Source: Octopus sinensis
Taxonomy: Eukaryota
DNA length: 64,000 bases
NCBI RefSeq assembly: GCF_006345805.1
Contig: NC_043023.1
Location: forward strand, 17,670,001-17,734,000
Direction: 5' to 3'
A program made the position numbers and the translations under genes. Positions 12,855 through 26,911 of the stretch are shown here, one piece after another. The notes below the pieces were generated by a model. It ran no database searches. It worked only from the letters and a program-made list of their open reading frames with translations, and had not been told where the DNA came from. The stretch's first letter is position 1, and every line of letters starts with the position of its first letter.

Positions 12855-13614
12855 CGGTGGGTTTTTTTCAGTTTCCGTCTACCAAATCCACTCACAAGGC
12901 CTTGGTCTTCCTGAGGCTATAGTAGAAGGCACATACCCAAAGTAACACGCAGTAGGACTGAACCAGGAACCATGTCGTTCGTTAGCAAGCTAATTAACAC
13001 ACACCCAATATATATATACATCAATAATCATCTACAAAACAATTCTAAATTGCTTATAATCATGTTCATCATTTCCTTGATTGTCATCATCAACAAAGTA
13101 AATAACATCATCATCATTGTTATCATCATCTAACATCCATGTTCCTTCTGGCTTGGTCTGGACAGGATCCAAGGACTGCACTGTGCTCAGATCCGTTCCA
13201 TGAATCGATCTCACTATTTCGAGAGTGTGAGCCTGACGACCTCACCACTGAGCCATCTACTTTCACATAGCGGAAGGAGAGAGAAAGTGAAAATGAACAG
13301 TAGGAACTACAAGAGATAGATGATAATAACGAAGTGACTCCGTGGCCCCATGGGGTAAAATGCAAAGCATTCGATACAGAGACTGTAATTATGAGCCGAA
13401 AGAATTTTGCGCGAGGAATGGCTTCTATTTCTAGCATGTAGATAGTCTGGTTAAAAACCGTAGAATCGGGAGGTGAGGTTTATTTAATTTTCTTTTGAAA
13501 AAATGGCATTTTACAAACAATGACTTTATTTAGAATCATTATCTCCAAATTTTTCTACGTATTTCACAAAAAAGGGAGAGGGGCGAGCTAAATCCGCGCC
13601 ATATACACACACAT

Positions 13615-13647
<33 letters not shown>

Positions 13648-13663
13648 CACACAGACACACACA

Positions 13664-13734
<71 letters not shown>

Positions 13735-14511
13735 CATACACTTATACATATATAGCCATATATGCTTCTGTTTCTCAAATATTCACCACTTGAAATCAAC
13801 TGTTTTTGTTTACATCCATGTAACGTAGCTGTTATATGAAGAGAGAACAAACAAATAAGCAGCAATCTGAATAAAGAGAAGCACTACTCGCTGTGTGGTT
13901 GACTGAACACTTCAATGCAGTGCTCCAGCATGGCTGCGTTCCGATGTTTAAAAAATGGAGACGATAGGCCGTAAAAAGTACTTTAAATATGAAGCACATA
14001 AAAAATTGACGAAATAGTGTTAAGGGAGGTAACTCACAATTATAGGTCATTTAATTGACATAAAATATGCCTGTTAATATTAGAGTATATTTCTGCGTGT
14101 GTGCTTTTATTCTGTATGTACCTGTAATTCTTTGCCTGTGTATGTTTGTGTATGGGATTGTGAGGGGTGGTGGCGTGGATGTGTGTGTTTATGAGAGAGG
14201 GAGAGGGAGGGGGAGAGTAAAGCATGGGAGGTTGGAATTATGCAGTAATAAGATCTATAGAACATCCTTACATCGAAGGTTTTAGCAGTTTGCTCTTTAC
14301 CTTGGATTTCTTTTATCCATTGGATTGTGGCCATGCTGGAGCACTGCCTTCAAGTGTTTCTGACAGGTTAACTGGACCTGGTTATTTATTTGTACACTGT
14401 CCTTATTCTTCCGTCCTGTATCGCTGAACAAAGCAACACCGTGTTCGGCTGCGGTCGTAGGATAAGCACACACATAAAAGTGACCACACATATAAACGTG
14501 AACACACACAT

Positions 14512-14576
<65 letters not shown>

Positions 14577-14942
14577 ACATGGACTTCACAAGCTCTGAAA
14601 TAAATGGAACGTTAGCGGTTAACGCCCATCTCTAACCTAAGGTAGACCAAATTATTTCTTCATATATACACTCAACGTAGGGTGTTTAAAAGTTCGCAGC
14701 CTGACGTCGAATTGGAAACAAGGGATTTTCCTCAATGACTCAGATCCCATAATTTGGATGTGGTAGTAGTTAGAGAAACCTGGCTGAGAGGACAGACAGG
14801 CATTTCTCCCCTCGTAAAGTGCCAAATCTCACACAAACTGTTTTTTTGGAACATGCATATATACTCTGTATCAAATACCTATGGGGTATTCGTACACAAT
14901 TGTGCCCCTCAATTTTGCTTCACATACATGCATATATATATA

Positions 14943-16203
14943 CGAGGGACGTTCAATAAGTAATGCCTCTCACACACTTGCATCTGTTTGATCTAGCTGA
15001 AATTTTGCATGTGCAATCATTTATATCTCTATAGATGCAGTGGCAAATCACAGCTCTGAATTAATTGTGGTTTCTGATTTACAGGTGTTTGAACCGAGTC
15101 AAGTGTGAAATGGAGCCTGTTGAGTGTCGAGCAGTTGTCCGGTTTTTGTATTTGAAAGGACGCACACCACGGGAGACTTTTGATGAAATGAAAGTAACTT
15201 ATGGTGATGATGCCCCATCATATGACCTTGTAAAACGCTGGCAGCGTGAATTCAAACATGGTCGGAACTCTGTGGAAACAGCTCCCAGATCTGGTCGCCT
15301 CCTTCTGCCATTGATGAGACATCTGTCTGTAAATTTGAGGCTGCCATTTTGGAAGATCGACGCATAATTATTCGCCAAATAGCCCATGAGGTCAAGATTA
15401 GTACCGGGTATGTGGAAACTATCATTCATGACCATTTGCATATGCAAAAGGTGTCTGCCAGATGGATTCCCAGGTTGCTCACGCCTTTCCAGAAGCAAGA
15501 ACGCGTCGAGTGCTCGAGGGTGAATTTGGAGATGTGCCAAGAAGATGAGTCAAAATTTTTCAAAAGACTGATTACACAGGATGAGACCTGGGTCCTTCAC
15601 GATCATCCAGAGACCAAAGCCCAGTCAATGCAGTGGAAGCACCGTGACTCACCCCCTCCAAAGAAGGCAAGGGTGCAGCCCTCCGCTGGCAAGGTCAGGA
15701 CAGAGTAGTGATGATAGATTTCCTGGCAAAGGGTACCACAATTGCAGGAGCCTATTATGCTTCACTTTTGAGGAAATTGAGAGAAGCTATCAAAATCAAG
15801 AGGCGGGGCAAGATCAGCAAATGCATCCCTATCCTGCAGGACAACGCTCCGGTCCACAACTCGCTTGTCTCCAGATCAGAAGCACAGGCGTATGGCTATG
15901 AACTCCTCCCCATCTTTCATGACCTTGCACCCTCTGAATTTCACCTCTTCCCAATCATGAAGTTGTTTTTGAAAGGAAAGCGTTTCCCAGATGATGCAGC
16001 CTTGATTTCTGAAGCCACGTCGTGGTTGGAGGACCAGACAGGGTTCTTCTACAAAAACGGTCTCCAGAGCCGCATCAAACGATGGGAGAAATGCGTAACT
16101 CTGGGTGGTTCCTATGTAGAAAAAGATTAATTACTGTACCAAGTTTCGTTGCTCTACTGCTATGGGAAGTGGGTCAGGAGCATTACTTATTGAACGCCCC
16201 TCG
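14943..16203 (+). mobile_element. Full-length mariner DNA transposon (irritans/Hsmar2-like), inactive
   Basis: 24-bp TIRs CGAGGG(A/G)CGTTCAATAAGTAATGC with one mismatch, TA on both flanks (14941-14942, 16204-16205), length 1261 bp. Confidence 0.95.
15110..16130 (+). pseudogene. Mariner transposase, frameshifted
   Basis: Split over 3 ORFs: HTH region ..PRSGR, WIPRLLT, ITQDETW, LQDNAPVH and DLAPSEFHLF. The HPPYSP and VFWD segments are missing and the third catalytic D reads E. Confidence 0.93.
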
Positions 16204-16229
16204 TATATATATATATATATAATATTAGT

Positions 16230-16440
16230 CTTTATTGCTTTACTTGTTTCAGTCATTTGACTGTTGCCATGCTGGAGTACCGCATTTGGACAGGCCAACC
16301 GACCGCAGTAGTTATTTTTTGTAAGCCTATTACTTATTCAATCGCTCCCATTTTGCCGAAACGCTAAGTAACGGGGTCGTAAACACACCAGTATCGGTTA
16401 TCAAGCGATGTTGTGGGGACAAACAAAGGCACACAAACAC
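16230..16440 (-). mobile_element. SINE family C 3' tail fragment
   Basis: Reverse complement of ..GCGGTACTCCAGCATGGCAACAGTCAAATGACTGAAACAAGTAAA; similar tails at ~18100-18310(-), 33445-33640, 35830-36040, 45665-45880, 51535-51660. Confidence 0.75.
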
Positions 16441-17374
16441 ACACACACACACACACACACATACATATTATATATATATATAAATGTCTACTTTGGTCTC
16501 CTATTTGTGGTTAGATGCTCTTCCAAACATCAACCAATTCACAGAATGGGCTCAGTGTTTTTATCATACTATCCTACTATTGAGGTTGCCATGCAGGTCG
16601 CATAACTACAAGTCCTGTGGGGGTGGGGTCAGTGTCATGCTGGGGGATAAGGGAATGATCTAAGAGAAGGAGGTTGGGTAGTGAATGTTTTTATAAATCC
16701 TCTTTTGTAATGATTGACCAGGAGATTGCACCTAGAACGTTCCCCAACAAGGTACATATCCGGGCATGTTTGTTTATGGATGACCGGCAGTCACCCATGC
16801 ACAACAGAATACCGTCTCCATGCCAACAATGTTATCCAATGGCAAGTCAAAGACTGATACAGCTTCGGCGCAGTGATGTCACAATTCATTTCAGCAGCTG
16901 AGTGAAGTGGAGTAACGTGAAATAAAGTGTCTTGCTCAATTAATTCAACACACAGCCCGTTTCATGAATCGAACTCATTGTCTCGCGATTGTGATCCTGT
17001 CGATATCACCACTGAGCCATGCACTTCCACACAACGGAAGGAGAAAGAAAGAGAAAATGAAAAGAAGGAACTACAAGAGATAGATGATGGTAACGAAGTG
17101 ACTAGATGGCCCCGTGAGGTAAAATGCAAAACATTCGATACAGAGTCTGTAATTATGTGTCAAAAAAAGTTTGCGTGAGATATGGCTTCTATTTCTAGCA
17201 TGTAGATAGCCCGACTGAAAACCGTAGAATCGGGAGGTGAGGTTTATTTTTTTTCTTTTGAATAATTGGCATTTTACAAACAATGACTTTTTTTAGAATC
17301 ATTATCTCCAAACTTTTCTACGTATTTCACAAAAAAGTGGGAAGGGTGAGTTAAATCTGCGCCATATACGCCTA

Positions 17375-17460
<86 letters not shown>

Positions 17461-18321
17461 ATATATATATAGCCTTGACTGTCATCATCAACAGAGTAAA
17501 TAACATCATCGTCATTGTCATCATCATCTAATACCCATGTTCCTTTCTGGCTTGGACTGGACAGGATCCAAGGACTGCACTCCGCTCAAATGTCTGCTTT
17601 GGTCTCCTATTTCTGGTTAGATGCCCTTCCAAACATCAACCAATTCACAGCATGGGCTCGGTGCTTTTATCATACTACCCGACTATTGAGGTTGCCATCT
17701 CAATCTGCTTCAACATCCACCCCTCCGGATTCTACGGGCTTCAAACAGGATATCCACATGCTAGAAAAAGCTGCCGAATAACACCCAAACTGTACACACT
17801 CTGAACCGAATGCCTATGGGTTATTCCTACACAAATATGACCCTCGATTTTGCCTCCTTTTAACTGGAAGAAAGGTTCATATTTTTAGTAAAATTTTTGA
17901 TATATGGTGTACATGCTGATTATAATGGAATTCTTTTAGAAAAAGTTTTTCCTAGAATTAGTGAGAATTTCGAAAAATTCCAATATCGGCATTTTTTGGA
18001 CGAAGAAAGCTTTGATGAAATAATGAAATAAATATGCAATCAATCTACTAATCTACTACACACCCACCCATCCACACACATGCATATATACTCTTCACTC
18101 TGTACTGTTTTACTTGTTTTAGGTCATTTGATTGTGGCCATGCTGGAGCACCGCCTTTAGACAGGCAAATCGACCCAGGGCTTTTTTTTTTGTAAGCCTA
18201 TTACTTATTCAATTACCATCATTTTCCCGAACCGCTAAGTTACGGGGTCGTAAAGTCACCAGTATCGTTTGTCAAGCGATGTTGTGAGGACAAATACAAA
18301 CACACAAACATATACACACAC

Positions 18322-18352
<31 letters not shown>

Positions 18353-18499
18353 TGTATGTATGTATGTATGTATGTATGTATGTATGTATGTATGTATGTA
18401 TGCATGTAGGAAGGAGGGACTCTTGAGAGTCAAGAGCCATCCAATAAATGTTTAACCTTTTTTTTCTGTTTTTCTTTTTTTTTCTTAATGTTTAATGCT

Positions 18500-19020
18500 G
18501 TATCATACGCGGGGACATAGAAATAACCGGACTGAATACCCGATCGCGCGGTTAAACCATTGGGAGTGAAGGACTCCTAACCTTTGTTAGGGAATCCTTC
18601 TAGGAGAAGGTAACTCAGGTAACTGGGATAACTCCGACCTAAAACCTGCAGCTCAGTGGTTACCGATGATGTTGAATTGTTCTTCTTTTCGGATTATGGC
18701 TTCTGTTGCTTAGTGTGTGGGATTGACTCAGTGCACAGCCTTTCCTCACTTTAAAAAAATCTTTTTGCACAGGCATTGCACGATAACGACATTGGATTTA
18801 TTAAGGTGATTAACTAATTCATGATTGTTGATAGTGCTGTGAGTCTCAACTGAATGGCTGGTTGTAGCCTTAAAAAGCAAAAATAAATGATGTACCAAAA
18901 CAGTATAAAAATAAATGGCAGTAAGGACTCTGGAACCACATCAGCTGAAAGAGTCTGGCCCGGCAGGGGCTCCAGAGCATCACAGTCTGAACCCGGCCGT
19001 CATCATGCTACTGTGATAGA
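18500..19020 (+). mobile_element. Probable 5' UTR and ORF start of an RTE-clade LINE (single copy in window)
   Basis: CTAGGAGAAGGTAACTC motif recalled from RTE 5' UTRs, hairpin at 18568-18600, and reading frame ..GSKDSGTTSAERVWPGRGSRASQSEPGRHHATV resembling the leader before the RTE endonuclease; truncated there. Confidence 0.55.
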
Positions 19021-19453
19021 CCTGTAACGCTAAACGTTGCTTTATAGTGACATAAAAAAAGTAACAACGTGTCAGGTTGCGATCAGAGGACAAGCATACA
19101 CACAAAATATCTCACTAACGCATGCACACACACACACACACATACATACATACATACACGCAAAAACAGCGACACAAACACACATACACACACCCTAAAT
19201 ACATATACGCATTCAGATATGCGTGTACATGTAAATATTCACCCATGCTTGCGTATATTCATACATACATACATACATACATACATACATACATACATAC
19301 ATACATACATACATACATACATACATACATACATACATACATACACATATATATATACATATATAGACAAACATTTATATATAATCACATATATACATAC
19401 ATGCATGCATGCATACATACACATATACATACATAAACACATACATATATGCA

Positions 19454-19487
<34 letters not shown>

Positions 19488-19809
19488 CACGCATACATAT
19501 ATGCATGCAAACATACATACAGGCATTCTTGCATGCTTACATACATAGATGCGTACATACATACATACATACATACATACATACATACATACATACATAC
19601 ATACATACATACATACATACATGCATACATACATACATATATACATACATACATGCATGCATGCAAATATACATACATGTATACATATATGCTTGCATAC
19701 ATACACATATACATACATGCATGCATGCATACATATATACATACATACATACATATATATATACACATATACATGCATATATATATGTATGCATGTGTAT
19801 GTAAGTGAA

Positions 19810-20065
19810 GGCGCATGGCTTAGTGGTTAGGGCATTCGGCTGACGATTGTAAGGTTGTGAGTTCGATTCCCGGCGAGGCGTTGTGTCCTTGAGCAAGACA
19901 CTTTATTTCCGTTGCTCTGTCCACTCAGCTGGCAAAAATGGTGGTACCTGTATGTCAAAGGGCCGGCCTTGTCACACTCTGTGTCACGCTGAATCTCCCT
20001 GAGAACTACGTTAAGGGTACTCGTGTCTGTGGGATTGCTCAGTCACTTGCACGTTAATTCCAGAG
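19810..20065 (+). mobile_element. SINE family A (duplicate of 385-643)
   Basis: Near-identical sequence and flanks. Confidence 0.85.
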
Positions 20066-20286
20066 GGTACATATCCGGGAATATTGTTAATGGATAACCG
20101 ACAGTCACCCATGCATAACAGCATAGCCTCTCTGTGCCAACAATGTTATCCAATGGCAAGTCAAAGACAGATGCAGCTTCGGCCCAGGGATGTCACAACT
20201 CATTTCAACAGTTGAGTGAACTGGAGTAAAGTGAAATAAAGTGTCTTGCTCAATAACTTCAACACACAGCCGTTCCATGAACCGAC

Positions 20287-20590
20287 AATGTTCGCAAAGG
20301 TAGAGGCGACCCTCATCCCTATCATCGTGCCCTATTTTTGTCTATAATTGTTCTCGTTAAAGTTGAAGAAGTTGTTCTGTATGATGGATTTTGTTCCTTC
20401 AACAATGAATTCTTTTCCTATTCGGTCATTTGGGAAATTTTCCTGCCAGGATTCTACAGCCATTATTCCGAAATCGTGAGGAATCGATGTGTAGAGGCTT
20501 ATTATATCGAATGAAACCAGAAAGGAGTCGTTACGGGAGATGGTTTAAAAAGATCAGATCATCCCTTATAAAACTCGGTATATGTTTCAC
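20287..20590 (-). pseudogene. Penelope-like RT fragment (duplicate of 867-1170)
   Basis: Same sequence and junctions. Confidence 0.8.
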
Positions 20591-20715
20591 ATTCCCAAAA
20601 GAGTATCCTTCAATTTTGTAAAGAAACATATTTCAAATTTCTGTGCAATTGGCTCTAATTTCTATTACCATATACGGTCGCATACAAAACGTGCGAAACA
20701 GGGCCGTAATCTGTG

Positions 20716-20762
<47 letters not shown>

Positions 20763-20839
20763 ATGTGGTGGTGTGTGTGTGTGGTGTGTGTGTCTATGTC
20801 TGTCCCCACAGCATCGCTTATATAAATATATATATATAT

Positions 20840-20969
<130 letters not shown>

Positions 20970-20977
20970 ATTATATA

Positions 20978-21141
20978 GGCGCAGGTGTGGCTGTGTGGTA
21001 AGTAGCTTGCTAACCAACCACATGGTTCAGGGTTCAGTCCCACTACGTGGATCTTGGGCAAGTGTCTTCTGCTATAGCCCCGGGCCGACCAATGGCTTGT
21101 GAGTGGATTTGGTAGACGGAAAATGAAAGAAGCGTGTCGTA

Positions 21142-21184
<43 letters not shown>

Positions 21185-21395
21185 GTTTGTGTGTCTGTGT
21201 TTGTCCCCCTAGCATTGCTTGACAACCGATGCTGGTGTGCTTACGTCCCCGTCACTTAGCGGTTCGGCAAAAAGAGACCGATAGAATAAGTAATGGGCTT
21301 ACAAAGAATAAGTCCCGGGGGTCGATTTGCTCGACTAAAGGCGGTGCCCCAGCATGGCCGCAGTCAAATGACTGAAACAAGTAAATGAAAGAGAA
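20978..21395 (+). mobile_element. Full-length SINE family C
   Basis: tRNA-like head, CORE-like segment, internal (TA)n/(TG)n, tail GGCGGTGCCCCAGCATGGCCGCAGTCAAATGACTGAAACAAGTAAA; flanked by (TA)n. Confidence 0.9.
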
Positions 21396-21439
21396 AGATA
21401 TATATATATATATATATATACATATATATACATACACAA

Positions 21440-21496
<57 letters not shown>

Positions 21497-22407
21497 GTAT
21501 GTATGTATGTATGTATGTATGTATATGCATATATACATATATATATATATATTGGACAGATTTACATGCAGTTTCCATGCATAAATATGTATGTATGAAT
21601 GTATGTATGTATGTATGTATGTATGTGTGTGTGTGTGTGTGTATGTGTGTATGCATACGTATGTATGCATGCATGCATGTATTTATGTATATATGTGATT
21701 GTATATATGCATGTATGTATATATATGCATATATGTATGTATGTATTTATATATGTATATATATATATATATGTGTGTCTGTATGTATATATATATGTGA
21801 TTGTATATATGTATGTAGGTATGTATGTATGCATGCATGTATGTATGCATGCATGTATGTATGCATGCATGTATGTATGCATGCATGTGCGAATGTATGT
21901 ATGCATATATGTAGGTCTGTTTGCATGCATATATGTATATGTATGCGTGTATGTATGTATTCAAGCATGTATGTATGTATGTATGTATATATGTATATAT
22001 GTGTGTATATGTATATATGTATAAATGTATGTATGAATATTTGCAAGTGCATTCATATCTGAATTAGTAAATGTATTAAGGGTGTGTGTATGTGTGTTTG
22101 TGTGGCTGTTTTGAGTTTTTGTGTGTATGTATGTGTGTGTGTGTGTTATGTGTGTGTGTGTGTGTGCATGCGTTAGTGAGATATTTTGTGTGTTTGCTTG
22201 TCATCTGATCGCAACCTGACACGCTGTTACTTTGTTTATGTCAATATAAAGCAACGTTTACCGTTACAGGTCGGAAGCATAAGAACAGATTACAAATAAA
22301 TAAATAAATATATAGGTCCAGTTAAAGCGACGAAAATTTTTGAAGCCGGAGCCGTAGCATGGCTACAATCCAATGAACGAAAGAAATCCAAGGTAACTAA
22401 GGAGCTT

Positions 22408-23089
22408 CTAGAAGCCTGAAGCTTGCCTATGTAACCTGTCGAGGTCAAACTTTCTGGTCTCAGGCTTCTGATCACTGTAGTTAAAATAGTGAAATTGTGC
22501 ACCCACAAATGCATCTTTATCTATACATCTAAGAAATAGCCTGTCCATATAAGATCTAGAAGACCCATCGCTATTCATCCATGTCCACAGCGGAGCGTCT
22601 GGGTGTTCCAGTATATAAAGATTTGCCAGCAAAAAACGCTTAGACAGATCGAAGATATACGTGTTTCTCCTCCTATCCGTATTCGAGCAAACACAATCCA
22701 CTAAGGAATGTGACGTACCTAGAAAATTCTCTAGCCTACAAAATTGTTTAACTGTCCGGCCATAGGAGTTCATAAACAGCCACCAGCCTGAAAGACTTAT
22801 CAATGATGAGGGTTACGTCAAAGAGGACCAGGCTACTCTCACTCCCGGATCAATAAAGATTACTCTTGTCGCTAAATTCAGTTTTTCTTGAGCAGAATTT
22901 AGACCACCCCTCCTAACATTTCTCGTAGCAGTTTAGGCGGGGAGAAATGCTTGTCAGTCCACTCAGCCAGGCTTCTCTAACTACTACCACATCCAAATTA
23001 AGCGACACGAGGTCATTGAGGAAAAGCCCTTATTTCCAATTCGATGACAGAATGCAAATATTGAAAGACTCAACGTTGAGAGTAAACAT
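22408..23089 (-). pseudogene. Tx1/L1-like endonuclease fragment (paralogue)
   Basis: LEHPDAPLWTWMNSDGSSRSYMDRLF..YSDQ. Confidence 0.8.
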
Positions 23090-23977
23090 GAAAAAAATAA
23101 TTTGGTCAACCTTAGGTTCCATTTATTTCGGAGCTTGTGAAGTCTCTGGGTGTGGGTGTGTGTGTGTGTGTGTGTGTGTGTTCACGTTTATGTGTGTTCT
23201 TATCCTACGATTGCAGCCTGACACGGTGTTGTTTTGTTTATGTCTCTATAGAGCAACGTTGAGCGATCCAGGACGAAAGAAAAAGGAAAAATTAGAAATT
23301 AATAAATGAACAGGTCCAGTTATTCCGTCAGAAACTCTTGAAGGCGGTGCTCCAGCATGGCCACAATCCAATGAATGAAGGAAATCCAAGGTAAAGAGCA
23401 AACTGCTAAAACCTTCGATGTAAGGATGTTCTATAGCGCTTATTACTGAATAACTCCAACCTCCCATGCTTTACTCTCTCCCTCCCTCTCCCTCTCTCAC
23501 AAACACCCACACCCACACCTACCCACCCACAAACAAACATACCCCCCACACACACACAAATAGACACAGGCAAAGAACCACAAGCACACGGAATAAAAGC
23601 ACACACGCAGAAATATACGCTAATATTAATAGGCATATTTATGTCAAGGGAGGCTACTCTCTGTTTTATGAACTGTAATTGTGAATTACCTCCCTTAACA
23701 CTATCTTATAACAATTTTTAAATGCGTTAAATATAAACTATTTTTACGGCCCATCGTTTCCATTTTTTTAAACATCGGAACGCAGCCATGCTGGAGCACT
23801 GTATTGAAGTGTTTAGTCAACCACACAGCGGGAAGTGCTTCTCTTTATTCAGATTGCTGCTTATTTGTTTGTTCTGTCTTCATATAACAGCTACGTTACA
23901 TGGATGTAAACAAAAACAGCGGATGTCAAGTGGTGAATATTGGAGATACAGAAACATATATGGCTATATATGTATAA

Positions 23978-24009
<32 letters not shown>

Positions 24010-24012
<3 letters not shown>

Positions 24013-24318
24013 ACGGGATCACGTGACCGACCAGGCTCTCAGATGTTGCTCCACATCGCTGGTCACAATGCACTTCGCATTGTTTTAGCCTTCAAATGAC
24101 GCCACCCCGATGGCTAAACAAGCAGGCCCACAGACGAAAGGGTGGGAGAAAGTTGTGGTGAAAGAATACAGCAGGGATCACCACCAGCCTCTATCGGAGC
24201 CGAGTGGACCTATAGGTGTTTTCGCACAATATACACTCACAACGCTCTGTCTGGGAATCGAAACCGCGATACTACGACCGCGTGTCCGCTGCCCGAACCA
24301 CTTGGCCATTGCGCCTCC
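24010..24318 (-). mobile_element. SINE family D (duplicate of 4078-4386)
   Basis: Same sequence and flanks. Confidence 0.85.
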
Positions 24319-24365
24319 ATGTATACATGTATATTATTTATTTACACACACACACCACACACACC

Positions 24366-24404
<39 letters not shown>

Positions 24405-25491
24405 ATATATATATATTTTATATATATATATTATATAGGGAGACATGGAGGAGATTTAACCCACCCCTCCTACTTTTTTCGTGAAATACGTAGTAAAATT
24501 TGGAGATAATGATTCTAAATAAAGTCATTGTTTGTAAAATGCCATTTATTGAAAATAAAATAAATAAATCTCACCTTCCGATTCTACGGTTTTTAACCAG
24601 ACTATCTACATGCTAGAAATAGAAGCCATTCCTCGCGCAAAATTCTTTCTGCTCATAATTACAGTCTCTGTATCGAATGCTTTGCATTTTACCCCATGGG
24701 GCCACAGAGTCACTCCGTTACTATCATCTATCTCTTGTAGTTCCTACTCTTCGTTTTCTCTTCCTCTCTGCTTCCGCAATGTGAAAGTACATGGCTCAGT
24801 GGTGAGATCGTCAGGCTCACACTCTCGAGATAGTGAGATCGATTCATGGAACAGGCTGTTTGTTGAAGTTATTGAGCAAGACACTTTATTTCACGTTACT
24901 CCAGTTCACTCAGCTGTTGAAATGATTTGTGACATCACTGCGCCGAAGCTGTATCAGTCTTTGACTTGCCCTTGGCATGGAGAGGGTATGTTGTTATGCA
25001 TGGGTGACTGCCGATCATCTTTAAACAAATTTGCCCGGATACGTACCTTGGTGGGGAACTTTCTAGATGCAATCTCCTGGTCATTCATTACCAAAGAGGA
25101 TCTACAAAAAACATTCACCACCGTACCTCTTTCTCTTAAATCATTCACTTATCCACTAGCATGAAACTAACTCCACCCCTCCAACAGGATTTGTACTTCT
25201 GCGACCCGCATGGCAACCTCAATAGTCGGGTAGTAAGATAAAATCACCGAGCCCATGCTGTAAATCTGTTGATGTTATGAAGGGCATCTAACCAGAAATA
25301 GGAGACCAAAGCAGACATTTGAGCGCAGTGCAGTCCTTGGATCCTGTCCAGTCCAGGCCAGAAAATAACATGGATGTTAGATGATGATGACAATGATGAT
25401 GATGTTATTTACTCTGTTGATGATGACAAACAAAGAAATGATGAACATGATTATAAGCAATTTAGAATTGTTTTGTATATGATTATATGTG

Positions 25492-26824
25492 TTTTTTTTT
25501 TTTTTTTACTTCATCTAGTTTCAGCACAGGGGACGTGGTCATGCTGGGGCTCTGACATTTGGTGTTAGTACATAATTCTACTTCACGAATGCTTTGTAGC
25601 AATTGGCATTTGGTGCATGAGAGAGTTTCATGCAGCTGCCCTCATCTGCACCTATTGACATGAAGTTGGTTCATCTGGGACATTTGACAGGAAGAGGTCC
25701 AGCATTATTTTGAAGACACCTGCATCCACCCCATGCAGGTGTCTCAGGTCCATCGGGAGGATATTGAAGAGTTGTGGATCTCTAAAGCCCAGGCTACTGC
25801 AGTATATTTTCCTACATCTTGATGGCAAGTTTGGAGTCATTGACACTATGCAGTGGCGCCCAGTTCTAGTATTTGTGTAACTCTGGATGCCAAAGCTTTT
25901 GACAAGTCCTTCCAGGATCTTCCAGATGTATATTATGGCATATCTTTCTCGCCTACGCTCTACAGAATAGAGTCTTAATCTCTTGAGTCTTTTCCAATAG
26001 CTTATATACTGCATAGAGGCTATCTTCTTCGTGTAGCTTCGTTGTATTGTCTCACGTTCTGCGATTAATTTGACACTGGTTTGTGACCATAGCTGAGAGA
26101 AATTGTCAAAGTGGGTTAGGACAAGTGTCCTCTAGAAGACCATCATGGTTTCCTGGTCTCTTGTTCTAAACGTTCTCAGAATCCATCCGGTCAGTCGCCT
26201 ACATTCCATTGCCAATTTATCAACATGCACATGAAAGGTTGCATCATTACTCATGTAAATACCCAGGACTCACGCTGATTGTGCCTCTGGGATTGCAATC
26301 CCTCCAGGTCCAATGTATTTACTGGGTACTGCATTTAGATTTGCATGCTGATAGAACAAATCTTTAAATTTTTCAGCATTAAACAGTATGCTATTCTTTT
26401 CGGCTCATTTGGTATATTTCATCCAGCGCACATTGTAGGTGCATAGCGTCTTTAGGGTTCTGTATTACATGTGAAACTTTTGTATCATCTGCATAATTTG
26501 TGATCGTGGGTCTCTGTGTGGCTGAGGGCATGTCTGAGAGGGCAATTATGAACAGTAGTTGTCCGAAAATAATGCTTTGCAAAATAGTGCTCACTATTTG
26601 CGAGTCATTTGAGGTGGCCCCATTGGCTACTGCTACCTGATTTCTATCCTTCAGAAATTCATGAAGCCATTCTCCCAATTTTCCAACCATGCCAAAATGA
26701 CGCACATTGTGACATATCATTCCATGATAAAACTTTATCAACGGCCTGTGCAACGCCGAGATATAACACTTCCACATTTGAGTGGTTGAGCAGCTGTTTC
26801 AGCAACCAGTCACAGTATTGTAAG
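25492..26824 (-). mobile_element. Old 5'-truncated CR1-group LINE retaining 3' end and A-tail
   Basis: YADDTKV..SYWKRLKRLRLYSVERRRERYAIIYIWKILEG..QLFNILP..LDLFLSNVPDEP; plus-strand T-run at 25492-25507 is the A-tail. Confidence 0.88.
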
Positions 26825-26826
26825 AA

Positions 26827-26897
<71 letters not shown>

Positions 26898-26911
26898 ATA
26901 TATATATATAT

